Assembly: GCA_052426225.1 (NCBI GenBank)
Contig: JBNJNM010000015.1
Span: 310,001-374,000, forward strand
Source of the DNA: Zancudomyces culisetae HAW-14-8
Lineage: Eukaryota > Fungi > Kickxellomycota
Direction of reading: 5' to 3'
Length of the DNA stretch: 64,000 nucleotides
Shown piece after piece: positions 34,880 through 46,960 of this stretch. A program made the position numbers and the translations under genes. Numbering within the stretch: position 1 is the stretch's first letter; each line of letters opens with the position of its first letter. A model generated the notes under the pieces. It saw only the letters and a program-made list of their open reading frames with translations, searched no databases and was not told the origin of the DNA.

Positions 34880-36941
34880 ATGACATCTGGTAAAAAGATA
34901 TTTGTGAATCCAGAGCCTCTGAAGCTCCCTCAGCGAACTACTTGGAATCATTGGTAAACGAAATAATAGCTTTGTGTTACTTTGAATGTGTGTATAAAGC
35001 TGTTATTTTTTTGAACTAACCTTTTGGTTATCTATAATGAAAATAGGCAGCTTAGAGATGTGATAAGGTGCTCCGAAGACGGGGGAACGCTATTTTCGAT
35101 TTACAGGAACAATGTAGATAAATACAATATTTCTACAAAGAGAGTAAGTGTTTGAAAGCAACCTCCATTCTTACTATTTGTCCAAGTAGGGATATTTCGT
35201 TAGAAATACTCGATTTTTGAATGAGATAGTGAAATGGTGAAAGTAAACCGATCTGTGTATCTATGATATAGTCAACTAGAATATTGCGGGATCTGCCCTT
35301 TGAACCTGTCTCGCTCACAGTAAAGTAAGTTTTGGTCTTCCTTAAGTCCTTTCGCCACCCTTCTCTTCATTTTTGTTTTCATTTTAATTTCTATTTATTA
35401 TTTTTTTCGCTTTTGGGGCTAATTTCTAACATAAATACAACTTTAGATATGGATACGTGGTAGCTGGAGGTCAAAGGGGTGAAATTGTAGTGTCCGAACT
35501 AGATAATTTATACGCCGAAAAGTTTTCCCAGGTTGGTGGGTCAATAAATAACTCTGTTATTTTCAGTGCAGGCAGTCCATCGATATTTAGTGGATACGAT
35601 GATCATGATCACTACGCTCAAAACCAAGATACTTGTCTTTTGGCATGTAATAACGATCAAACAATAAAGGTTCTTTCATTTCCCAGCTTGGATGTTAGAT
35701 CAGAAATAAAGTTCAACACGTCAATAAACAATGGTAACTATCAACTACTTTGTTTTTGTTTACACTACTATGTTTTGAGGTCAAGTTTATATCTCTAGTA
35801 GTTTTTAATGATTAAATGACAGCTAAGAACTTAGTCATTTTATTCGTGGTGTATAAAAAATAGCATCAATAAGCAAGGACAATTCAAAAATGGTGGTGGT
35901 TGGTGATACCAACGAGGTATTTCTATTGAATAAGAGGGGAAACGATTTTGAAAAGATCGCAACACTTATAGGTAAAGCCGACTATATCAAACACCATACT
36001 AATATCAACTGATATTTTTTTATTGTATTATTTTTTTTCTGGAACACAAATGACCTTATATACTGCAATTCTGAAACAAGTTTAATCTGTCACTGTTAGT
36101 TGCTTGTATAAATAAAACTCAATACTATATATATAGGATCAAAGGATGCATCGTTTTCATGTGATTGGAATCAATTTTCCAATGCTTTTGCTGTTGGTAG
36201 CCAGGATGGATATGTAAACGTCTGGGATATTAGGAGTACAAAAAAAATGTGTAGCATCGAGACATTTCAGGTATCTACCATGTTTATTTCTATTACTAAA
36301 TTTTTTTTACAAAAGATATACTCGAAACAGTTGAGCATATACTAATATTATCTTATTTTTAATCTTTTAATCAAATGATGACGATCATTATTTCATACAG
36401 CGGGGAAGGTCTCGGGGCGCATGTAGAAACGTAAAATTCAACCCAAGTAGATCGTTGGACATATTAGCATTTTCAGAGGTAATTATATACAAATAACACA
36501 TTTACTTTTATTAATATGAAAGAGATAAAGTAGTTTTTAATTTTTTCTTTTTTAAGATTCATGAGGAATTGTGCTAAAATCGAATATCAAGTACACACAC
36601 ATATATACATATACATATACATATATTAACTACTAAATAGCATACCTCCTATGTCAATATTGTCGATGCACGAACATTCAACAAGAGACAGGTTTTGAAA
36701 ATCTCTGGGGAGGGTACAAAAGTGCAGATTACAGGACTTGAATTTTCTCCATCTAGTGACAAGATATTTGTTGGTATGTTGCTTATTGATGATATTTGAA
36801 ATAGAATATCGTCGTGTTTCTCATTTAAATATAAACGACTAACGTTTTTTAATTTATACTTTAGGGCTGGAGAGTTGTATCTTGGATTATCAGGTTAATA
36901 GTTTGGGTAGACGCTCTTTTCCTTATATATGTCCTCTTTAG
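34880..36941 (+). CDS. WD40 repeat protein, DUF2415 family (S. pombe C2A9.03 / yeast Gid11-like); 9 exons
   Basis: Rebuilt across 8 GT-AG introns: TTWNHW|QLRDVI, YVVAGGQRGE, GGSINNSV, LLACNNDQTIK, VVVGDTNEV, DASFSCDWN...FAVGSQDG...VWDIR, GACRNVKF...DILAFSE|HTSYVNIVDARTF, ITGLEFSP, RRSFP. Mostly missed by the ORF track. Confidence 0.85.
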
Positions 36942-37405
36942 GTCGAAGCCATGTTGCTTTAATGGGTGGTGAACGCAAGTGAGTGAGTGTAAATGAAAGG
37001 GCAGAAGAAGAAAAGTGATCGGAGGTTTTAAATATTGTATGGGGATGGATTGGTTCTACGACTTGTACATAAAATCGAATTTTTTGGCTAGACCCTCTTT
37101 TATGTGATCTGTACCATTATTGTAGTTTAGTTTGCTTTATACTTTTCGTTAGATGGTTTTTTTTTTGTTTTACAATTAGAGTGAAAATGAGAATGTAGAT
37201 ACAATAAAAACGAATCAATCAAATTGCTGTGAATTTATTTTTCTTGCTGGATTTATATAAAGAAATGTCAACTAGAACATCATGTCGGAGTTGCAGTGAA
37301 AAACAAAAGAAATAATATCAAAAGAAAAAAGAAAAAAGAAAAAAGAAAAACCAATCAATAACATTGATCTAGCTTTAGAGCACATCCGCCCCCTGGTCAA
37401 TGAAC

Positions 37406-38218
37406 CTAATCCTCAGTATGGTCTCTAGGCTCTTCAATCACCTCTCTTATATAGCTTTCAGTAAACCCTATCATACTACTTGTCAAACCAATGTTATGGT
37501 CGATTATTTTCAACACTTCTCTGTCCCTGGAAGTCAGCTCACATCCACAAATGGAAGCCTTTTCAACCTCTATGAAGCGTTTGATATTTTCCATATCGGC
37601 TATAAACTGACCCAACGAAGTCAGTTTTACAATTCTTGAATCCAATGCCTTGTACTTATCATTTTGCTCCTTAGGTGCAAAAACAATTTTTTTGTCTTTT
37701 GCTAGGTTTTCTATAAGAGGAACGATCTCAAGACGCAATTGGTGAAGTTTCTCATTTATCTGCTTATCTGGATTATTACCTGCATGTTCGAGCACGTATA
37801 TATCGCTCTTGATTTTGTTGATTTTAGCGAGTGTTCTGTACAACCCATTGATAGCATAGAACCTATCTTTGTTGGTGATTGGAGTTTGTGTCTCATCTCT
37901 CTTATCCAGATGGACTACTGCCTCTAACTCCCCAAAATCCGCTTCCGTTTTATTTGCATAAAACTCTCTCAAGAAAACGTCGTGGATATGACCATAGTTA
38001 TAATCCTCTAGGTCATCATCGAAGTTGTGTGGCAAAGAACTTTCAGCCTCTAGTGCTCCCTCTCCAACGGTATCAGGATGAACATACGTGCTTACCTGCA
38101 AAGTCGGATCTACCACGTGTTCAGTCTGGTGCCCTAGCTGTTCATCCTGTTGTGCATGTGCTTTTTCACATATGAGTGTCAGGAGACCAATCAAAAACGT
38201 TTTCTTTATTGTAACCAT
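37406..38218 (-). CDS. Secreted hypothetical prepro-protein (signal peptide, acidic pro-region, KR site)
   Basis: 270 aa intronless ORF; MVTIKKTFLIGLLTLICEKAHA signal-like N-terminus; LDKR|DETQ dibasic site; helical C-terminal part. Confidence 0.75.
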   Translation of the reverse strand: MVTIKKTFLIGLLTLICEKAHAQQDEQLGHQTEHVVDPTLQVSTYVHPDTVGEGALEAESSLPHNFDDDLEDYNYGHIHDVFLREFYANKTEADFGELEAVVHLDKRDETQTPITNKDRFYAINGLYRTLAKINKIKSDIYVLEHAGNNPDKQINEKLHQLRLEIVPLIENLAKDKKIVFAPKEQNDKYKALDSRIVKLTSLGQFIADMENIKRFIEVEKASICGCELTSRDREVLKIIDHNIGLTSSMIGFTESYIREVIEEPRDHTED

Positions 38219-39660
38219 TGTTTTTTCCTTCTTTTTTTTTGGCTTTTCAGAGACAAGTATAGCCTTTCTTATGATTTAATTTTCCAAAGGAGCCTTAATT
38301 TAAAGCACAGGTTGAACCGTGAACAAAAAATATTTAATGGTGACCTTTATGACAAAAGCCATCCCTATTTATAGTTTAACAATCTATTGATGGAAATAGT
38401 TACGAACTCATAAACCTCTGCACTACAAGCTATAACACATAGAACTACTTGATGTTTCTATGAAAATGGTTGTACTTCTACCTCACTTTTTTAAATAAAC
38501 CTAATATAGTAAGCAATAGAAACTACAACGCCATTAGCACTTTTGTAAATGACTAGAAATAGCGTAAATTTAATATACTAACCTGTTTTTTTATTTAATA
38601 GGAAATGCTGTTTCCATGCATCGTGTAGTTTAGCAAGTAGAAAATATACAAAGTAGGCATCAATACCAAAAAAAACCGAGTTATTTTTCTTTTTTTTTTG
38701 CTCCTTTTCAGTACAAAAGGGTCGCCAAACTAAAAAACAACCGAAAACGCTGCGTTTTAGAGTATATGGAAATAAATGTAAAGAAAATGAGTGAATTTGA
38801 GGGAAGACCAATATCTGCACATTTCCTTTCTTTTTCTCACTTTGGCTGCTATACATTTACAAAAACAAACATTTTACCGACAGCTAATTTTACCGAGTTC
38901 GGAGTTACTGCGGTTTTTCTAACCACCGCATCATGTTGTAGCAAAGAGTAATTTATCCATCATCCATTAAGAGCGTTTTGTTTTGATCCATTTATAATAT
39001 TTTTGGCTGTTCTTGTTTAAAAGTTTTGGGAAGAGGGAAAAAGGTGGTAAATATGTTTGACGCTTTTGGAATTAATGTTGGGTACTGTACAAATTTAGCA
39101 TACTGTTATAGCAAAAAAGGTATGATTTAATCAGATAACGGAGTGAAGTTGAATTCAGATGCTTATCAGATAATAAAAATGAGACAGTGTTGTTAGTAAC
39201 AAACAAAAAAAAAGAGGTTTCATTGAGTGCTATATTTTGAGGCTTGTTTAATAAAACTGGTTGATAGCACAACAGTAAAAAGTATGAAGCTGGTTCAAAT
39301 GGGCTAAAAATGGAATATACTGGTTCACATCGATATTACCCATTTTTTTGGGGGGGGTTGAATATTTGGTTGTAACACAAGTAAGAAAAGTTTTAATATC
39401 TATTTGTGAGTGATAGTTGGAGTATAGCGATAAGTTTGAAAAAATAAAGTAAAAATTTATAGCAATATTTGTGGTATACAATCCCCCGCTGTCTCTTTTC
39501 CCCTTTCTTTTTTTCTTTATTCATCAATCATCAGGGTTATAAAGCAGAAAAAGGATAATATCGAATATTCGTAGTTGGTATGTTCTGGTGGCTTTCATTG
39601 ATGATAATAGCATCCGGACTTCAACTGTGGCAAACAATTTACCAAATTGATGGTGCTCTG

Positions 39661-39765
39661 ATTTAATTTAATTTGATTCAATTTGATTCAATTTGATTCG
39701 ATTCGATTTGGTTTGGTTTGGTTTGATTTGATTTGATTTGATTTGATTTGATTTGATTTGATTTG
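39661..39765. repeat. (ATTTG)n pentanucleotide microsatellite with variant blocks
   Basis: Blocks of ATTTA, ATTCA/ATTTG, ATTCG, GTTTG, then ATTTG, in tandem. Confidence 0.95.
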
Positions 39766-42696
39766 AAATTATTTGAAAAGCCAAAAAGGTTGTATTTACA
39801 AAAATTCGACATTTATTAGCTGCTGATCCTTGAGCACATGATACTTGGCTTCACTCATTCCTGATTGTTTAAAAACTCCAACAGCTAATAAATAAAGTAG
39901 TGAAGAAAGAGTGGCTGGGCCTATATATACATATGGTATTTTGGTACAAATTCATATATGTTTTAGTACTGTGATTGGTCAAGTACAGATGCACAAACAA
40001 AAAATATAAGCTATTTGTTGTGTATCTGCAATTTATCTTTCAGAGATTCCGTTCAACTGGGTTACATGAGAGGGAGGTATAAAGATATAGAATAATATCC
40101 AGTAGGTGCGCAAACGTGAACGTAACTTTCAAGAATAATGAGAAAATATCGATAGTATTCATGTTTATGTTTGTGTTTGTGTTTATGTATGTGATTGTTC
40201 CTATTCTTTAATATCACTTATGTTATCATAAAGAACAACCTTGGCTCACGGAACAACGAGTTCAGATTGTGTGTGGATTTCCATCTTTATCGATTGTAAG
40301 ACTTCAATAAGTGAAAACAATTCGTTTGGAGAACGAGTGTTGAAAAAAAAAGCATCCAAAGCTGCTCCATTTGAATTAAAAAACACAAAGTATATTATGG
40401 ATTGTGTGAATATGTATGTCCCTTTGCATAACTCATATTTAGTTGCCTTGTTATACTGCTCATTATTGCTTTAGAATACAAAGGATTGATTTACAAAGAA
40501 AAGATCCTTGAAGTAAAAATAATGGAAAATGTTTTGTAGGTAACAAACAAGTAGGCACAAAAACATCTGGAGTAGGATCGAAATTAAATAAAGTGGGGGG
40601 GGGTTTGTAGCGTTGATTTATAGAAATAGTAAAGGTATTAGTACCACGCCGGAGCAATGATAATAAAAACCACCATTATTTCTATTTTTTGATTTTTTAC
40701 AAGAGTGGGTTATTGGAAAAAGCAGATATTAAAATCAGGGCCACGCTAAAGCAATAATAGTAAAGACAGCACTGATTGTCTCGAAAAAAATGGATTGTCT
40801 GTTCTGCTCATTTTCACACTGCAGGATTTTGTTTGCTGAGACGTGTCTGACCGTTTTTCTTTATTGGCAAAAACCAGCTAATATTTCTGAAATTTCAATT
40901 CACCCACATATTTTTTTTCATTCATATTTGGTTCTCCGCTTTATTGCTTAGAAGGTCAATCAAAAGTAAATCAAAATGGTTTAACAAACGCCCTTCCTCC
41001 ACCCCAAAGAATTGAAACTCTAAATCGGGACAAGTTAATCATATAACCGGAAAAAAATCGGTTACCTGGAACTATTTTTGTATCAGATTGAGTACACGAA
41101 AAACACAATACGATATTTTTTAGTTATATTAACATTGGGGGGGAGAGAGATTCTTAGTACTTTGAAGAAAAAAAATGGCAACAAGGTAAAAAGTAGTAAT
41201 ACAAGCCCATTGTGAAATGCAAATGTATTGAAGTGGGTGTATTGCGAGCCTGCATTCTACAAGAGGCCAATGCTTTTTAAGTGTTGACAAATTTCAAGGA
41301 GTAAAGATAAAAAAAAGCGACCTCAATACTGGCCGATAGTCACGCCATGAAATAAAGGTAACTGGATTTTTTTTTGTTCTGGAGGATAAGTGGGTATCAC
41401 TCTGAAAAAATTATATAAATATATGACACAAAAACACAAACTTGTAACGAATTTATGGCATAAATGTACAACACTTGTCGGCATTGGAAATAGTAGAATC
41501 TAGCCCAAAGTGTATATATTTTTTATATTTTCAAGAATGCAAAAGCAAACCAAAGCAAATTTCCAGATATTTTTAGAAGAAAAATTTTTCAAGTGCAAAA
41601 AAAAAAAACAAAAATTGAAATGAGAAAAAACAAATCAATTGTACGATTTATGCTGTAATTAACAATAAAAATTTTTTTTTATTTTAAAACTTCATTTAAA
41701 TCAGCGAATAGTGTCAATCAAATCCATTTGAGCAGAAAAAAAAATTTTTTTAATAATTTTTTTTGATGAGGCCAACCAGCAAGCAGATAATTGTTGGATT
41801 TATAATAAATAACTAAAATTTTTTTTTCAAACGAGAAAAGCGCTGTAAACAGAATCGGTAATATTTTTATTTTTTTTGCTTACGACGCAATGAAAATAAA
41901 AAAAACAGGGCACTTAAAACCAAAATAAACGGGGGGTAATATTGGATAAAAACCAAGTCGGATACATTGTAAAAGAAAGAAAGGCTGGCTAAATCTTTTA
42001 TTTTGCAACAAAGAGTTCAGTAATGTATGATTAGAGAAAGGTAAAAAAAGATACCAGCAGGCCGAGTTACAAGTTATATTGATTAAAAAAAGTTAAAGAA
42101 AAGAAATACCTTGTGTGTAATTTAAAATTGCGAAAAAGGAATCAAAAGCAGTTTAGTGTTCAATTAGCATTTTTCCCTTTTTTTTAAATAATAAAGACTA
42201 GCAGGATTAAATGTGTTGCAACCAGGAAAAAAAGGTTAACTAAATAAGAGAAGACAGTGAAGCAAGCTGCAACGGGGAAAACAACAAAAGTAAAGGCGTT
42301 GATCGAGTTTCGTCAAATGTAAGTACAAATGGAAAATCAGCAGTGGAATTCGTGTGTTAGATTGTACATTTTGAACTGTGATAAGAATGATTTTAATGAT
42401 TTTTATCAGAAAACATTTGACAATTTAGAGTAATAAAAATAAAGACAGATATGGGAAACAGTATTATGAGTTTTCAAAATGACAAATATATATTAATAGA
42501 AATAATAATAGCAATAATAATAGCAATAAAAATACTCATATAATAGAACGAAGGAAGAAACGACTAAAGGGGCGAGTGTATGACGAATAGATCGTGCTAA
42601 AAAGGGAAAAAAGGGAAAAAAGGTGGAAGGAGGATAATATTATAATTGTGGCGAATCGGTAAATGAAGAAAAGAAGAGCTTGAAAGCATAAAAGAA

Positions 42697-45600
42697 ATGA
42701 GTTTAATATTACATAAAGATAAAAGAGGTCAAGGAGTTGGAGCGACAACAGTATTTGAAAAAAGCATAAACAAGGTATTCAAAGGAGCAAAACAAAAGAC
42801 TAAACTAAAGGTGTATAATAAAAATAAGAGAGCATCACAAATGAAACAAAAGGAAAGGAAACAACGGGAGGAAAATGCTGCAAAGGTAATACGGCAATTG
42901 GAGGAGGATCTGAAGGGAGTGGGGATGAGAGTGGGACGGAGATGGGGAGAGGGTTATGAAGATAGCGATGGAAATTGCATGGAGGAGCGGGGAGATGTGT
43001 ATATTAAGGGAATGATGGTTCCAGGAAACCAAGTTACTATTGTAGAAGAGGAAGAGTGGAGGACGGGAAAGGAGCCTGAAAGCCGAGAAAACCAAGAAGA
43101 AAGTCAACGAAAAAAAAGTGGTTCCAGAACAAAAGAGCAAAAGGGGAGCAGAAACAACAAAATATATTGTCAGGAATGCGGAAACTATGCGGCAGAAAAT
43201 AGTATGAAAAGGATACTTTGTCAAGAATGCAAAGAACCATATCATGCAGAGTGTGTCGGAGTAAGTTTGGAGGAAATGGGAAGGACGGGAGGGCAATTCA
43301 GCTGTCAAACATGTGTTTTGCAATATCCTAGGAGGCAGAGAGCGCCAGGAACATATCTAAATGGGGGGAAACAAATAATAGCAAAGGGAAATAAGGAAGA
43401 CAACGGACGAGGGGGGATGATGAAGGCGACAGGAAGAAGTAGCCGGGTCAGTAAAAACCAAGGTATTGCTGAATTTAACAAAGATGGCAGTAGTAGTGAT
43501 AATGGCGCTATGATGTTGATTATGGCTAAAGGAATAAAACAGATACATAGTGTACAAAAAAAAGAAGAGGAAGGGGAGGCGGAGGGGGAGGGGGAGGAAG
43601 AGTGTCCGGTGTGTGAACAGGAGTGTACTTGTGGATTTACAAACAGCAATGTTGCTGAGGTATACATCGAAAAAGGAAGGGAAGATTTTAATAAACAACG
43701 AAAACGAAGGTACAAAGTAAAGAATAAGGAGAGGATTATAGGCAAACAGCCATTGATGACCAAGAAAAACAAGGTTAAAAAGGGAAAGTTTAATAGATAT
43801 GATTTAAAAGAAAGAATAATGGACAGAACGGATACTGAGTTTCTAGAAGTAGATGACGAAACTAGTTCGAATGCTAGCGGAATGGATCTAGATGCAGTAA
43901 TAGGAGGAGGAATTATTGATATAGAGGAGCAAAAAGACAATGAGGATCAAGACGAGGAGGAGGAGGAGGAGGAGATAATCAATGTTACAGATGTTAGTGA
44001 TGACGAAAATGGAGAGATAGGGATAAATAAACAACAAAATGTGATGATGAGAGTACAAGAAAGAGAAGAGGTTGAAGTGGGAGGAGAGAAGCAGAACGAG
44101 AAGGAGAGGGAGAAAGAGGTGGAGGTAGAAGAGAAGAGAAGTATGAGTATCGATGAGGCATTCTATTTAGCGTTGAGACACTATGATATAGGGTATGAGA
44201 TTAGTGACTTATCAGATTCACAAGTTAGCTACTACTGTAGTGAAGAGGAAAGCGACACGGATAGTGAGGAAGATGAAATTGCAGAGATAGATGAAGAAGT
44301 AATTGGCAAGTACCAAATCCATCGACAAAAGCTCATGGAGCTTAATAACGAAGTGGCAGAAAGGGAGCAAAGGGATAACGGATGGGAAGAAAGCGATGGG
44401 GGATCCGAGTCAGAAAAGGAGGAGGCATTGCTTATGATGCATCTAGAGCAATTGGAGGCCATTAGAGATATTCAGAAAGATCAATATGGTCACTACTCCG
44501 AAGATGATGGGGAGGAGGAAGACGAAGAAGAGGACGAAGAGGGAAGTGAGGATGAAGAAAAACAGCAAGAACAAGAGCAAGAGCAAAAACAAAGATATGA
44601 AGACAAGCCGGAAGGTTCAACAAGTGGGTTTACAGAGGTAAACACAGATAATATCTATAACAATGGAGTAGTTGAGGAGGAGGAGCTGTTACGGTTTGAT
44701 GAAAAGGGAAATATATTTAAAGGAACATCATTGGGAACAACTACGTTTGAATATCCATACAGTGCAAATTACTACTATGACAATCCAAACTATCGCAATG
44801 ACTACAACCAGTTGATGGAGTATTACATTGATGAGTTTGATTATGATGAATCCGATATTATGCGCATGAACGAAATGTCCTTGGCATATGGATTGGCGCT
44901 GAGTTATGAACAGAACAACCACAGCAAGAGTTCTGGCAATTCCACCAACAGCAATGATGGTGACGGTGGATTCACCAGAAACGGTGACAACGGCACTGGT
45001 GGAAACCTACCCTTGGTTACGCCTGCTACAAACGAAATTGGTGAGTTTCAAGATCCAATTGACGGAATGGTTAGTATCAATTCCGCTTGTATTAATAGTC
45101 GCATTCCTCTTAGATCCAAACCCAGACATTCTAATTTACTTTCTCCCAACGATTCTCACAATCTACCTCTCTCAATTTCTTCAAACAATGATTATGATAT
45201 CACTGATTATTCATATAACACTCCTACTACTTCCTTCATTCCTATCCTTCCTCCTCCCCCTCCTCCATCTCCGTTGTTGTCTCAATCTCAATCTCCTGTA
45301 GTCTCAGCTTCTGTATGTGTTTCTACAACTGTTTCTCCTTCTGATTCTACTTGCTATTCCTCTTTATCTGCTTCAAAAATCAACGAAAATGAAAACCCAA
45401 ATCCAAGTTCAAGTACCAGTGTTAACGATAATATGGTTACTGCTGGTAATAAAAACAGTACAAAGGATGGTTTGATTGATTTAGCATGGTTGATCAACGA
45501 AAATTTCATTAGAGACACGTCCACAAACTCCAATAGAAAATCATCTATCGCTGGATTTTCCTCGGCTGATAATTCCGATGATGATATTGATGACAACAAT

Positions 45601-46476
45601 ACTCACACAAACTCAAACTCAAACACAAAGCATAAATCTATTGAAAAAGATGGTCAAAGTCTAGGTGAACAAGAAATGGAAATTGAAAATGAAAAGACCC
45701 AAGAAAATAATGGTAAAAGCACTAATAACACAAGTCGATTTTACCTTTCAAAATTCGACAAAATTCCCGTTAATGTATTCAAACAATCGCGGTATTTGGC
45801 AAGTAGTTACTCTGCCTCAATGACGTCACCTTCACCTCTCACAAATCCTGCTGTTACTGCTGCTACAGTCGCTGCTGCTAGAGGGTTTGGTCTGACTCCA
45901 GGCACCAAACTGATTTCTTCCAAGCTGTCAAAATCATCTAACATGACATTGGTCGATGATGGAAGTAGTAATAATCGAGCGACTAAATCCCTCTCTATTA
46001 AAACTCTTGATTCTCTGCAATACTTTTCGTCTGTCCCACCAGCTACATGTATTAATACCAACACCAACACCAACACCAATAACGATGGCAAAAATAATGC
46101 AAATCCTATTTTTGATTTAGGAATTGATCTTGAAGACGACTACGAATATGACCATGATTATGAGTACGATCACGATGACAATGACTACTATATTGATTAT
46201 AACGAATATACTTATGGAACATCTGATACTGGTGACAAGTTTGAACATCCCCAAAATGACCAGGATTTTGGCACAGATCTCTTTTTCACACATTTTACAG
46301 CAACTTCAACTCCTACCCCTTCATTACAAAACACTAATACTGCAACTACTCCCATCTCTCCACTTACATCTACTTTTATTCCAACTACCTCTACCTCTAC
46401 CTCTAATATTAACACCAATAACACCATTGCTTCTGGTACTATTACTCCTCCCAACTCTCCAAACACCATTTTCTAG
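42697..46476 (+). CDS. Large low-complexity PHD-finger protein (probable transcriptional regulator)
   Basis: 1259 aa uninterrupted ORF; C4HC3 PHD (CQEC...ILCQECKEPYHAEC...FSCQTC), a CPVCEQECTC motif, long acidic tracts, S/T/P/N-rich C-terminal third. Confidence 0.82.
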   Translation: MSLILHKDKRGQGVGATTVFEKSINKVFKGAKQKTKLKVYNKNKRASQMKQKERKQREENAAKVIRQLEEDLKGVGMRVGRRWGEGYEDSDGNCMEERGDVYIKGMMVPGNQVTIVEEEEWRTGKEPESRENQEESQRKKSGSRTKEQKGSRNNKIYCQECGNYAAENSMKRILCQECKEPYHAECVGVSLEEMGRTGGQFSCQTCVLQYPRRQRAPGTYLNGGKQIIAKGNKEDNGRGGMMKATGRSSRVSKNQGIAEFNKDGSSSDNGAMMLIMAKGIKQIHSVQKKEEEGEAEGEGEEECPVCEQECTCGFTNSNVAEVYIEKGREDFNKQRKRRYKVKNKERIIGKQPLMTKKNKVKKGKFNRYDLKERIMDRTDTEFLEVDDETSSNASGMDLDAVIGGGIIDIEEQKDNEDQDEEEEEEEIINVTDVSDDENGEIGINKQQNVMMRVQEREEVEVGGEKQNEKEREKEVEVEEKRSMSIDEAFYLALRHYDIGYEISDLSDSQVSYYCSEEESDTDSEEDEIAEIDEEVIGKYQIHRQKLMELNNEVAEREQRDNGWEESDGGSESEKEEALLMMHLEQLEAIRDIQKDQYGHYSEDDGEEEDEEEDEEGSEDEEKQQEQEQEQKQRYEDKPEGSTSGFTEVNTDNIYNNGVVEEEELLRFDEKGNIFKGTSLGTTTFEYPYSANYYYDNPNYRNDYNQLMEYYIDEFDYDESDIMRMNEMSLAYGLALSYEQNNHSKSSGNSTNSNDGDGGFTRNGDNGTGGNLPLVTPATNEIGEFQDPIDGMVSINSACINSRIPLRSKPRHSNLLSPNDSHNLPLSISSNNDYDITDYSYNTPTTSFIPILPPPPPPSPLLSQSQSPVVSASVCVSTTVSPSDSTCYSSLSASKINENENPNPSSSTSVNDNMVTAGNKNSTKDGLIDLAWLINENFIRDTSTNSNRKSSIAGFSSADNSDDDIDDNNTHTNSNSNTKHKSIEKDGQSLGEQEMEIENEKTQENNGKSTNNTSRFYLSKFDKIPVNVFKQSRYLASSYSASMTSPSPLTNPAVTAATVAAARGFGLTPGTKLISSKLSKSSNMTLVDDGSSNNRATKSLSIKTLDSLQYFSSVPPATCINTNTNTNTNNDGKNNANPIFDLGIDLEDDYEYDHDYEYDHDDNDYYIDYNEYTYGTSDTGDKFEHPQNDQDFGTDLFFTHFTATSTPTPSLQNTNTATTPISPLTSTFIPTTSTSTSNINTNNTIASGTITPPNSPNTIF

Positions 46477-46960
46477 ACCCTTTTTTGTTATTATTGATTT
46501 ATTATTATTATTACTATTATTACTATTTATTCGTTTTCCGAGAAAGATCAATTGGCAAGAGAAAGAGGAGAGGTAGAGAGAGAGAGAAAGAAAGAAAGAG
46601 AAAAAAGGGACATTCATTTTTATTTATATCTTCCACATATACTTCATTTTTAACCTCCACAATTCCATTTTATTTTTGTCTACAATTTCTGTTTCTATCC
46701 TATCTTATTCTATCCAGATTTCATTTACTTCAAAATCACTTTTCATTATTTTTTTTTTACTTGACATGACATGATCCTCGTTTTCATATCTTTTTTCTCA
46801 CTTTACGTTTAAAAATGACACAAATAAAAACGACAACATAATTATTATTATTATATAGATTTGGAACTTTATTCAATCAATCAATCTATTAACTGTACTA
46901 TATTTTATTACATTGATATAAAACCACACACACTATATAAAAAAATTGACATTATGCGAC

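Noticed and set aside
36271-36400. Possible U12-type intron (GTATCT donor) in the WD40 gene
   Set aside because: Does not match GTATCCTT and has an ordinary TACTAAT U2 branch point.
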